From Eledone cirrhosa (lineage: Eukaryota), in NCBI GenBank assembly GCA_964016885.1, contig OZ024747.1:77500001-77564000 (forward strand): DNA of 64,000 nt, in the 5' to 3' direction. The notes beneath the pieces were generated by a model. The model had not been told where the DNA came from. It made no database searches and saw only the letters and a list, made by a program, of their open reading frames with translations. Positions 25,581-37,700 of this stretch are shown piece after piece. The stretch's first letter is position 1, and each line of letters begins with the position of its first letter. A program made the translations under genes and the position numbers.

Positions 25581-28500
25581 ACTCTTTGAGTCTCAGTCAT
25601 TGATGTTAGTTAACTGGAAAGTTTGTTGAGATGAATATCAAGCCACTACCTGCAGCCTCAGATATTCAGGACGTATCGGAGGGTTCTTGCTGTTCCCAGC
25701 AAGCATGCCTTTTGAAGCGTTCCAAAAAGCGTGAAGGGGACAATTTTCTTTAACCATCCCTGGAAACTTTTTGAGATAGTCCCTAGTGCGCCTATGACAA
25801 TCGGGATCACTTTGACTTCATGGCAGTTCCAAATCCTTTTTACCTCCCACTTTAAGTCCTGGTGTCGGTTAATTTTCTCCCTCTCCTTCTCTTGCACTCT
25901 CGTGTCGAATGGGCAGGCCACATCCACAATCAGACACGATCTTTTTTCTTTGTCCAAAACCACCAGGTCTTTGTCTATTGTGTTCCAGTTTCTTGTCCGT
26001 CTGTATCCTAAAATCCCACAGCACCTTCACCTGATCGTTTTCTATCACCGCCTCTGGCTTATGCTCATACCACTTCTCAGAATGTGGTAAATTGTTTACT
26101 TTGCATAGGTGCCAGTGGATCACCTTGCCCATCACATCATGTCTCCAGCCCTTATAGTGAGTCTGGGCTAGGTGTTTACACTCGGATACAATGTGAGCCA
26201 CAGTCTCCTCTCTCTCTCCACAGATCCTGCACAGTGGGCTAGCCTCCTCCTTGTAAATGTGGTGTTTCAACCACTTCGTTTTGAGGGCCTGCTCCTGCGC
26301 AGCAATTAACATTCCTTCTGTAGCCTTTTTTAGGTCTCCTCTTTTCAACCAGTTCCATGTCTGTGGATCTCTAAATTCAGTTTTCTCAAAGAAGGTACTA
26401 TGAAGGGATTTTTCCTGAAGGCTGCTCTTGCTCCTTGATGTTATTTCCTCCTTGGACATCCCCTGGCCTATTGTCCCCTCCTTCAGTACAGTTCTGAGCA
26501 TTGGCTCCTTACTATCAGTCACGTATTTGTGTAGGTTGTTTTTCTCCATCTGAACACAGTCCTCTATGCTGATAAAACCTCTTCCACCCTCAGATCTCCT
26601 TAAGTAGAGTTTATCTACATCACTCCTCTTGTGTAACATATTGTAGATAGTCAATAGCTTCCTAGTCTTCCTATCCATTTCTTTTTGTTCAGCAACATTC
26701 CATCTCAGAATTCCCGCACTGTACCTAATAATAGACACAGCTCGGGAATTTACTGCACTTATGGCATTCCTACTGTTCAGATGTGACTTTAATACGCTCC
26801 TTACTCTCCGAAGGTATTCAGTTCTTATCAATTCCTTCATTTTTTTGTTCTTGATGTCATCAGCCTCCAGAATGCCCAAATACTTGTATCCTTCCTCAGA
26901 GTCAATTTCTTTTATCATCTCACCTGTTGGTATCTGGATTCCGTTACTTCTGCTCAACTTATCCCTCCTCATCACAATGACTCCACACTTACTAATACCA
27001 AATTGCATACATATATCATTGCTGAAAATACGGACAGTGTCAACAAGCACATCCAACTCCTTCTCACTCTTCCCGAAGAGCTTAAGATCGTCCATGAAGA
27101 GGAGATGATTTATGGTAAGCCCTCCCTTTCCCAGCCTGTATCCTGCTCTCACTTTTCGCAGTACACTGGTCAGGGGCATCAGGGCAAGGACAAACAACAG
27201 AGGGGACAGACTATCTCCCTGGAAGATACCTCTCTTGATCTTCACGCTTCCCAAGGATTCTCCAGTTGATGTTAACTCTGTTTCCCAGGACTTCATACTT
27301 TTGCCCAACAACTGTCTGATGTTATCTGCCACCTTGAAGATCTCCAGGCTTTTGGTGATCCAAGAATGAGGCACCATGTCAAATGCCTTTTTGTAGTCTA
27401 TCCATCCCATCGCAAGACCAGTGTGTCTCCTCTTGCAATTCCTCATTACCAACTTATCAATAAGTAACTGGTCCTTTGTACCACGTGACTTCTTTCGGCA
27501 TCCTTTCTGTCCGTCCGGTAACAAGTTGTTTGTGTGGAGGTGATGGTAGATTTCCTCAGACATAGTGCTTGTCAACAGTTTCCACATTACGGACAGACAT
27601 GTGATAGGTCTATAGTTGGTAACATCATTACCCTTGATTCGGTCTTTCATTATCAGAACTGTGGTACCTTTTGTCAACCACTCTGGTACCTCACCTGACA
27701 TCAAGCAGTCATTGAACATGGTTGTCAGTTTCGGGTGGAGGGATGTTATGTTTTTAATCCAATACCCCTGCACACCTTCTGGGCCAGGTGATTTCCAGTT
27801 GGTTAGTTTTTTGGCCTGCCCCTTAAGAGTTTCAACTGTGATACTCAAATCAGTTTGTTGGTGTGCCTGTTCACTGATCTCCTTCTGTACTGTCTCAATC
27901 CACACTGCCTGGTCATTATGTTTAACATCCTGCTCCCATATTCCTCTCCAGAATGTTTTAGTTTGTTCCGCCTCAGGGATCAAGTCGTTGCTTCTTTCTT
28001 TCCCTTCAAGCTGTCCAAACAGCATCTTCTGGTTGTTGTCGAACATGCGGTTCTGTCTATACTGGCTGACTCTGTTCTCGTATCGCCTGATTTTTGCACT
28101 CTTTGCTACAATGCGTTGCTTCAGTTCCTCTATGATAATATTTAGCTTTTTCCTCCTAGTTTTGTACTTTATTTCCAGTCTATTTTTAGTGTCTATGTTT
28201 TTTAGTGTCCCATTCAGTAGGGACTCAAGCTTTCCAATGTCATTTCTCATTTCCCTGATTTGACCACTCAGTTGTTTCTTCCACCAAGGCTTTGCTCTTT
28301 CTTGTCTGTTGTTTCCTCTCGCTTTTATACCAAGTAGTTTCCTTACCGTATTTGCTGTTGCTTTGAGGATATTGTTGCACTGGTGAAGGCTCCTCGCCTC
28401 AAGGTATGGGATGACTTTGTTTACCTTAGCTGTTGTTTCTTGTAACTTTTTCCTGTCTACAAATCTTAGGTTCATAGGTCTCCCACTATCATTGTTCAAT

Positions 28501-28884
28501 TCATCTACCACTAAGTTTAGGATATCTACCAAATCTTGTCCTAGCCCGTCAGCATTCATCTCCTCAGTGGCCGTATCTCTGTTCCAGGTATTATTTATCT
28601 CAGCATTCAGATCATTGTCTGTTTCGGGTGGTTCCTCCGTTCTCTCGACCTCTTTACCTTCATTTCCCACTGGCTCGTTTGCCTGGCATACTCCACCCTC
28701 CATCTCCAAGCTAATCTCTCTGCTCAGTTCCTCCAGTTCCAGCTCGCTTATCCACCCATTAGTTCTTATTACCCGAGCCTGCCCGGCCAGTTTTTGTTCA
28801 TCTAATTTAAATGGACCAATCTCGTTCCAGATGTTATGCATCCTTTTCCTATAGCCTTTCTCCTTGGGGTTACTCTTCAGGTAA

Positions 28885-28885
<1 letters not shown>
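25581..28885 (-). mobile_element. R4/Dong-clade RLE non-LTR retrotransposon, copy 1, 5' truncated
   Basis: 990-aa ORF 25869-28841 (KSPG, YRPITCL, DYKKAFD, GIFQGDSLSP, HLLFMDD, CRICG..ETVAHIVSEC, RHD). A 1-nt insertion near 25970 shifts the RLE domain (DVACPFD..EK) into 25658-25963. (AAT)n on both sides. Confidence 0.92.
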
Positions 28886-28941
<56 letters not shown>

Positions 28942-28942
<1 letters not shown>

Positions 28943-29046
28943 TGCCTTTCATCCTTACGGGGTCGATAGAATAAAGTACCAGTAATGCACTGGGTAATTG
29001 CTGGCCTTGTGCCTAACGTAGAAACAATTATTATTATTATTATTAT
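28942..29046 (+). mobile_element. SINE family 1, 3' fragment inside (ATT)n
   Basis: TTGCCTTTCATCCTTACGGGGTCGATAG..GTAGAAACAATTATT. Confidence 0.85.
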
Positions 29047-29375
29047 TCTCTTCCCAGCATTTTGTTGAAAGATGGGTGAGAGAAGCAAGTATGGCCCGAA
29101 TGAATGGGCCTTCTCTGAGTATGTGTCTGTAAATTAAAGGTGGAAAACTGGGAGAGGGCACTTGCCTTGGTGGTCAGGGTCACTGTTGCCTTTTACTGGG
29201 CTTTCTCCACAAATGTCCCTCGGAAGTCTCCTCCCTATTGGGGAATCTTTCTTTGTTATTTTATTACATCCTGTTTTTTTTACACGCAGAAATGCCCATT
29301 TGTACCGTCCTGTATTGTCCTGTACTGTCCTTAATGTCTACTTTATGTAAACCCTTGTGGTTAATAAAGAAAACA
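29047..29375 (+). mobile_element. Tx1 3'-end fragment, near-identical to 31247-31575
   Basis: Direct sequence match; ends AATAAAGAAAAC-(ATT)n. Confidence 0.9.
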
Positions 29376-29410
29376 TTATTATTATTATTATTATTATTAT
29401 TGTTGTTATT

Positions 29411-30383
29411 CCTTGAATCTCAGTCATTGATGTTGGTTAACTGGAAAGTCCGTTGGATTGAATATCAAGCCACTACCTGCAGCCTCAGATATTCAGGACG
29501 TATCGGAGGGTTCTTGCTGTTCCAAGCAAGCATGCCTTTTGAAGCGTTCCAAAAAGCGTGAAGGGGCCGATTTTCTTTAACCATCCCTGGAAACTTTTGG
29601 AGATAGTCCCCAGTGCGCCTATGACAATCGGGATCACTTTGACTTCATGGCAGTTCCAAATCCTTTTCACCTCCCACTTTAGGTCCTGGTATCGGTTAAT
29701 TTTCTCCCTCTCCTTCTCTTGCACTCTCGTGTCGAACGGGCAGGCCACATTCACAATCAGGCACGATCTTTTTTCTTTGTCCACAACCACCAGGTCAGGT
29801 CTATTGTGTTCCAGTTTTTTGTCCGTCTGTATCCTAAAATCCCACAGCACCTTCACCTGATTGTTCTCCATCACCGCCTCTGGCCTATGCTCATACCATT
29901 TCTCAGAATGTGGTAAATTGTTTACTTTGCACAGGTGCCAGTGGATCACCCTGCCCATCACATCGTGTCTCCAGCCCTTATAGTGGGTCTGGGCTAGGTG
30001 TTTACACTCGGACACAATGTGAGCCACAGTCTCCTCTCTCTCTCCACAGATCCTGCACAGTGGGCTAGCCTCCTCCTTGTAGATATGGGGCTTCAACCAC
30101 TTCGTTTTGAGGGCCTGCTCCTGCGCAGCCATTAGCATTCCTTCTGTAGCCTTTTTGAGGTCTCCTCTTCTCAACCAGTTCCATGTCTGTGGATCTCTAA
30201 ATTCAGTTTTCTCAAAGAAGGTACTATGAAGGGATTTTCCCTTAAGGCTGCTCTTCCTCCTTGATGTTATTTCCTCCTTGGACATCCCCTGGCCTACTGT
30301 CCCCTCCTTCAGTACAGTTCTGAGCATTGGCTCCTTACTATAGGTCACGTATTTGTATAGGTTGTTTTTCTCCATCTGAACAC
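29411..30383 (-). mobile_element. R4/Dong element copy 2, 5' truncated, intact CCHC and RLE frame
   Basis: ORF 29485-30441 contains NRPDLVVVD..NVACPFD..EKINRY; highly similar to 25581-26560. Confidence 0.92.
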
Positions 30384-31580
30384 TCGCTTCTTGTGGAAGG
30401 GACGCGCTCCGATGGTCAGGCGGTCCATCTGCTGTCAACACCCGCTACGTGGAGGGCTGGGCATGCCGTGGCTGATGATGCGCAGACACGCGCTCAGGCT
30501 ACGACATCTCCACCTATTCCTCGACGGTGATCAGGTGTGGTCGCCGTTTGCAAGACACGTTTTTCCCCAGCTCGTCTCCTTGACGGAGCTGCAGTCCTGG
30601 GTCAAGCGAAGACCGAGAGGGAGCGCTTGGAGACTGGAATGTCTTCAGGCGCTCACAGCCCTCGACCAATCGGGCAATGTGATCGGTGGAAACTCCACCT
30701 TGGCGTTCTATAGGGGATTAGTGGAGGGGAAGAGCGACGACGTACTTGGAGAAACTCTAGGCGTCGACGAAAATCAACTAGCCAATCTCTTCGGAAGGAC
30801 TTTCGGGCCGGGGCCTATGGACAACTTCCAGAAATCCCTGGCCTGGCAGTGCTACCGAGGAGCTTTGCCAGTTCGGGATAAACTCTACAGGCATGGAGGT
30901 GCCGTCAGCCGGGCATGTCCGAGATGCGCGCAGGGCGACGAAACCGTCCTGCACGCACTCGTCCAGTGTCCGAGCATTGCTGACTTGTGGGTTTATGTCG
31001 AACACCTGCTGTCACGTGTAGGACCTATCCAGCTATCAGCTGAGTCCATCGTGAGGATTGCCCCGCCCCCTTCCTTTAGCCTGGAAGGGCAGGCAGTTTT
31101 TATCTGTCTGGTGGCCATGGCGAAAGAGATAGTATGGTGGACACGTTTGAAAGGGCTGAAGACGAGCACTTACCTCTTCGGTGATGCCCTGATTAACTTT
31201 TTCAAATTTCATTTGAAAAGGAAAATCAGGGTAGAGAGGGAAGTGCTCTCTTCCCAGCATTTTGTTGAAAGATGGGTGAGAGAAGCAAGTATGGCCCGAA
31301 TGAATGGGCCTTCTCTGAGTATGTGTCTGTAAATTAAAGGTGGAAAACTGGGAGAGGGCACTTGCCCTGGTGGTCAGGGCCACTGTGGTCTTTTAATGGG
31401 CTTTCTCCACAAATGTCCCTTGGAAGTCTCCCCCCTATTGGGGAATTTTTCTTTGTTATTTTATTTCAACCTCTGTTTTTTTACACGCAGAAATGCCCAT
31501 TTGTACCGTCCTGTATTGTCCTGTACTGTCCTTAATGTCTACTTTATGTGAGCCCTTGTGGTTAATAAAGAAAACATTAT
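30384..31580 (+). mobile_element. Tx1 element C, 5' truncated (B-like subfamily)
   Basis: ORF2 C-terminus 30391-31332 (GGLGMP..CPRC..HALVQC), 3' UTR, (ATT)n tail. Confidence 0.92.
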
Positions 31581-31684
31581 TAAAACAAAAAATATTATTA
31601 TTATTATTATTATTATTATTTTATGATATTATATATTATTAAAACAAAAAATAATAAAAGTTAAAACAATATGTGACAAGGGGT

Positions 31685-31709
31685 GACAAGACTTTCGGAC
31701 CACCCTGTA
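31685..31709 (-). mobile_element. Possible solo Tc1/mariner-type terminal inverted repeat
   Basis: Minus strand TA-CAGGGTGGTCCGAAAGTC resembles mariner termini; no partner end found. Confidence 0.3.
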
Positions 31710-32375
31710 CTGGTATTAACTTTTCGTTGATTTCGTGGTGAGGCGGGGTACATTTGGGAAATGCCAGACTATCAAAGTTCCCATTTCCTTTAAAATATCA
31801 AGGTTTGAGTCAAACCATGACTATGGAAAATGACATTTTCCCAAGAGACCACACCGGATATAAAAATTGAGAAGGGACTTCTTAACCACTCAGCCATAGT
31901 ATGTCCACTCACTTTTTTATATATCATTAAAGTTTGCCTCCAAATTTAGTTTCACAAAACACAAACATCCATTCTTTGTTTCGACCTTAAATTAGTTCAA
32001 AGAGTTTAATGTAATCTCCTCGGTAATTTTCTTACAATTAACCTAAAACCAATTGAATCTATATTATAAAATGAAACATAGCGGAGTTGTTTTTCTACAC
32101 ATGCCGAGTTAATTAAAATAATTTGCGTCATTCAACTAATCTTGTCTTTTCCTCGAGGCATAATTATTTCTAATTAAGTTTTTTATGGTAGCTACAGTAA
32201 ATATATTAGCATTAACTTAACTATTGCTTTCCGCGCGGATGACGTCTCTGAGTAAATAATGGATTTGACCATATGTCTTGCTGCTAAATCATGGCTAGCT
32301 TAGAGCTACATAGCATCGGGGTTTTTTCTACCAAATATACACACACACACACAACATATATTATATCACACACAC

Positions 32376-32422
<47 letters not shown>

Positions 32423-32430
32423 GTATTAAG

Positions 32431-32503
<73 letters not shown>

Positions 32504-32677
32504 AGGGTGTTAAAGTTTGCTTGAAGCATTGTGAAATGTGTAAAATATGTAGTTTAGAAAGCCACAACAATGCAGATGGGAAATCTCGAGGTAAGAAGTG
32601 AGTGAGAAATAGTAGAAAAGTGAAAATGAAAATGAAAACAAAACAAAGGTAGAAGGGTTACTGTAGAGGAGATTTAG

Positions 32678-32712
32678 TCCCAATATTTCGGGCTCACGCC
32701 CATCAACGGGGG
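32678..32712 (-). ncRNA. Degenerate minimal hammerhead in a pLTR-like remnant (~32500-32790)
   Basis: Minus strand CCC-CCGTTGA-T-GGGC-GTGA-GCCC-GAAA-TA-TT-GGG: stems intact, two core substitutions. Confidence 0.4.
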
Positions 32713-32793
32713 AAAAGTTCCAAAAGGGGGGGAACAGGCTAAGCCGGAGAAAGTTGTATTGTCGTTAAAACTTAGGAATGCCGTTATATTAAT

Positions 32794-34281
32794 ATGCCGG
32801 ACTTGTTCCCCGATCTCCTCGAGGCGGTCTACTGCAACTGGCAACAGAACGGGAGAATTCCCTGTTCTGTGACCAAGGGCGTAGTCTCGCTAGTGAGGAA
32901 GGACGAGAACAAGGGGGATGACATTAGTAATTTTAGGCCCATAACTCTGCTAAATGCAGAAGTGGGCCGAGTGCAAACTATCCCTAAAAGGTCGGGCGGA
33001 GGTGGCGAACGCTTACATAGCGTCCGTCACTATTACCGCTTGACTGTCGTGCCTTGCCCGGGTGAGATCCTCGCCAAAATGGAGCGCGCCCTCTTTTATT
33101 TCCTTTGGAAGAAGAGGTCTCCTCTGGTGAGGAGATCCATCTGCTGTCAACACCCTTTGAAAGGAGGGCTGGGGATGCCGTGGCTAAAAATGCGTAAACA
33201 CGCATTGAGGCTAAGGCACCTCCAGGTATTCCTCACCGGTCAACCGGTGTGGGCCCCGTTTGTGAGTCGAGCCTTCCCGAGGCTCGTCTCGCTCACCGAG
33301 CTGCAGTCCTGGGTGAAGCAAAGACCGAGAAAACTGGGCGACTGGCACACCGAGTGTGCCCAGGCGCTCACGGCTCTCTGGCAGGCGGACCCGGCTATCG
33401 ACGGAGACTCCACCTCGTCATTCTATAGAGGGCTGGTGGTTAGCGGGTGCGACGACGCCCTCGGAGAAGCCCTAGGCATGGAGGAGGACGAACTGGCCAG
33501 TCTATTCGGTAGGACTTTCGGCCCGGGACCTATGGACAACTTCCAGAAGTCCTTGGCCTGGCAGTGCTACCGAGGGGCTCTGCCCGTTCGGGATAAGCTC
33601 TACAGACACGGGCGCCCGGGTAGGGACCCCTCGAAAAAGATCTGTCCCAGATGCGTGCGCGACGAGGAAACCGTCGCGCACGCATTGGTGCACTGTCCGG
33701 GCGTTGCCGATCTGTGGGGCTATGTCGAACAACTGCTGTCACGGGTGGGACCAATTAGGTTGACCACCGAGTCCATTGTAACGATCAAGCCGCCTCCCCC
33801 CTTCAAAAATGAAGGAGAGGCGGTCTTCCTCTGTGTAATAGCCATGGTAAAAGAGGCTATATGGTGGACGCGTCTGAAAGGGCTGAGGTCGGACACCTTT
33901 CTCTCCGGCCAACAACTGGTCCTTTTCTTCCGATACCATTTCGGAAGAAGGATCAGGATGGAGAGAGAGGTGCTCCACTCCAGCCAGTTTTATGAAAGGT
34001 GGGTGAAAGTTGCGAGAATGGCCTGTGTGAATGGGCCTTCTCTCTACCTCAGCCTGTAGGTGGAACAGAAAGAAGGGAGCACCCTCTCTTTGTGCTCCCG
34101 TGGAGAAGGGTCGCACACTTTTTTTCGGGGGTGTGTGTGACCCCAAAACGATCCCTCCCTATTGAGGACCTTCTTGTTATTATTTTGTTTGTTATATTTT
34201 TCTTACTCGATTTTTATGTAAACTCCCCCCACCCATGTACATGTCCCTTTCTTTTGTGCCCTAGTGGCAAATAAACAGAAA
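32794..34281 (+). mobile_element. Tx1 element D (A-like subfamily), 5' truncated, RT core deleted
   Basis: RPITLLNAE is fused to the KWAECKLSLKGR region; shares HGRPGRDPSKKICPRC with A; ends in (TCTG)n-like repeats at 34284-34378. Confidence 0.9.
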
Positions 34282-34734
34282 TTTGTCTGTCTGTCAATGT
34301 CTGTCTGTCTGTCAGTCTATTTGTCTGCCTGTCAGTCTGTTTGTCTGTCTGTCAGTCTATCTGTCTGTCTGTCAGTCTCCCTCCCTCAAATTATCTAGAA
34401 TCGGGACGAGTGCATCCCGCCCGAGGAAGGAGCCCTGTGAGGTATAGTGGCTGATGCAGCCGTTGTCGTTGGTTGTTCTCTGCGTCAATAGCTTCGTCGT
34501 GTGATATACAACCTTGACTTGGGTGTAGAGTTTGCCACTCCTTCCCTTCCTTATTTCTCTCACCTTTGCTTTTGTTATTTCTTTTCTCTCTTCCTTTTGT
34601 TTCAACCGTGAGATTGTCGTTATAAATCACGAGATCTGAAATCGACAAGTCATATTATCTCGTTAATTTCGTTCAACGAAATTGAAACTATTCCTGTTGC
34701 TAAGCAATTAAATCTAGCAACTTCTCTATATCTG

Positions 34735-37700
34735 AATGTGGGAGGAGGGTTGCTAAGACCATGGGGCAGTGTACACCTGAGTGTGGGGGGAGGGTTGCTA
34801 AGACCATGGGGCAGTGTACACATGAGTGTGGGAGGAGGGTTGCTAAGACCATGGGGCAGTGTACACATGAGTGTGGGGGGAGGGTTGCTAAGACCATGGG
34901 GCAGTGTACACCTGAGTGTGGGAGGAGGGTTGCTAAGACCATGGGGCAGTGTACACCTGAGTGTGGGAGGAGGGTTGCTAAGACCATGGGGCAGTGTACA
35001 CCTGAGTGTGGGGGGAGGGTTGCTAAGACCATGGGGCAGTGTACACCTGAGTGTGGGAGGAGGGTTGCTAAGACCATGGGGCAGTGTACACCTGAGTGTG
35101 GGGGGAGGGTTGCTAAGACCATGGGGCAGTGTACACCTGAGTGTGGGAGGAGGGTTGCTGAGACCATGGGGCAGTGTACACCAGAGTGTGGGAGGAGGAT
35201 TGCTGAGACCATGGGGCAGTGTACACCTGAGTGTGGGGGGAGGGTTGCTAAGACCATGGGGCAGTGTACACCCGAGTGTGGGAGGAGGGTTGCTAAGACC
35301 ATGGGGCAGTGTACACCCGAGTGTGGGAGGAGGGTTGCTAAGACCATGGGGCAGTGTACACCAGAGTGTGGGAGGAGGGTTGCTGAGACCATGGGGCAGT
35401 GTACACCAGAGTGTGGGAGGAGGATTGCTGAGACCATGGGGCAGTGTACACCTGAGTGTGGGAGGAGGGTTGCTAAGACCATGGGGCAGTGTACACCCGA
35501 GTGTGGGAGGAGGGTTGCTAAGACCATGGGGCAGTGTACACCAGAGTGTGGGAGGAGGGTTGCTGAGACCATGGGGCAGTGTACACCTGAGTGTGGGAGG
35601 AGGGTTGCTAAGACCATGGGGCAGTGTACACCTGAGTGTGGGAGGAGGGTTGCTAAGACCATGGGGCAGTGTACACCAGAGTGTGGGAGGAGGGTTGCTG
35701 AGACCATGGGGCAGTGTACACCTGAGTGTGGGGGGAGGGTTGCTAAGACCATGGGGCAGTGTACACCTGAGTGTGGGGGTAGGGTTGCTAAGACCATGGG
35801 GCAGTGTACACCTGAGTGTGGGGGTAGGGTTGCTAAGACCATGGGGCAGTGTACACCTGAGTGTGGGAGGAGGGTTGCTAAGACCATGGGGCAGTGTACA
35901 CCTGAGTGTGGGGGGAGGGTTGCTAAGACCATGGGGCAGTGTACACCTGAGTGTGAGAGGAGGGTTGCTAAGACCATGGGGCAGTGTACACCTGAGTGTG
36001 GGAGGAGGGTTGCTGAGACCATGGGGCAGTGTACACCTGAGTGTGGGAGGAGGGTTGCTAAGACCATGGGGCAGTGTACACCTGAGTGTGGGAGGAGGGT
36101 TGCTAAGACCATGGGGCAGTGTACACCAGAGTGTGGGAGGAGGGTTGCTGAGACCATGGGGCAGTGTACACCTGAGTGTGGGGCGAGGGTTGCTAAGACC
36201 ATGGGGCAGTGTACACCTGAGTGTGGGGGGAGGGTTGCTAAGACCATGGGGCAGTGTACACCTGAGTGTGGGGGGAGGGTTGCTAAGACCATGGGGCAGT
36301 GTACACCTGAGTGTGGGAGGAGGGTTGCTGAGACCATGGGGCAGTGTACACATGAGTGTGGGGGGAGGGTTGCTGAGACCATGGGGCAGTGTACACATGA
36401 GTGTGGGGGGAGGGTTGCTGAGACCATGGGGCAGTGTACACATGAGTGTGGGGGGAGGGTTGCTGAGACCATGGGGCAGTGTACACATGAGTGTGGGGGG
36501 AGGGTTGCTAAGACCATGGGGCAGTGTACACATGAGTGTGGGGGGAGGGTTGCTGAGACCATGGGGCAGTGTACACATGAGTGTGGGGGGAGGGTTGCTG
36601 AGACCATGGGGCAGTGTACACCTGAGTGTGGGGGGAGGGTTGCTGAGACCATGGGGCAGTGTACACCTGAGTGTGGGGGGAGGGTTGCTGAGACCATGGG
36701 GCAGTGTACACCTGAGTGTGGGGGGAGGGTTGCTAAGACCATGGGGCAGTGTACACCTGAGTGTGGGGGGAGGGTTGCTAAGACCATGGGGCAGTGTACA
36801 CCTGAGTGTGGGGGGAGGGTTGCTAAGACCATGGGGCAGTGTACACCTGAGTGTGAGAGGAGGGTTGCTAAGACCATGGGGCAGTGTACACCTGAGTGTG
36901 GGAGGAGGGTTGCTGAGACCATGGGGCAGTGTACACCTGAGTGTAGGAGGAGGGTTGCTAAGACCATGGGGCAGTGTACACCTGAGTGTGGGAGGAGGGT
37001 TGCTAAGACCATGGGGCAGTGTACACCAGAGTGTGGGAGGAGGGTTGCTGAGACCATGGGGCAGTGTACACCTGAGTGTGGGGGGAGGGTTGCTAAGACC
37101 ATGGGGCAGTGTACACCTGAGTGTGGGGGGAGGGTTGCTAAGACCATGGGGCAGTGTACACCTGAGTGTGGGGGGAGGGTTGCTAAGACCATGGGGCAGT
37201 GTACACATGAGTGTGGGGGGAGGGTTGCTGAGACCATGGGGCAGTGTACTCCTGAGTGTGGGGGGAGGGTTGCTGAGACCATGGGGCAGTGTACACCTGA
37301 GTGTGGGGGGAGGGTTGCTGAGACCATGGGGCAGTGTACACCTGAGTGTGGGGGGAGGGTTGCTAAGACCATGGGGCAGTGTACACATGAGTGTGGGGGG
37401 AGGGTTGCTGAGACCATGGGGCAGTGTACACCTGAGTGTGGGGGGAGGGTTGCTAAGACCATGGGGCAGTGTACACCTGAGTGTGGGGGGAGGGTTGCTA
37501 AGACCATGGGGCAGTGTACACCTGAGTGTGGGGGGAGGGTTGCTAAGACCATGGGGCAGTGTACACCTGAGTGTGGGGGGAGGGTTGCTAAGACCATGGG
37601 GCAGTGTACACCTGAGTGTGGGGGGAGGGTTGCTAAGACCATGGGGCAGTGTACACCTGAGTGTGGGGGGAGGGTTGCTAAGACCATGGGGCAGTGTACA

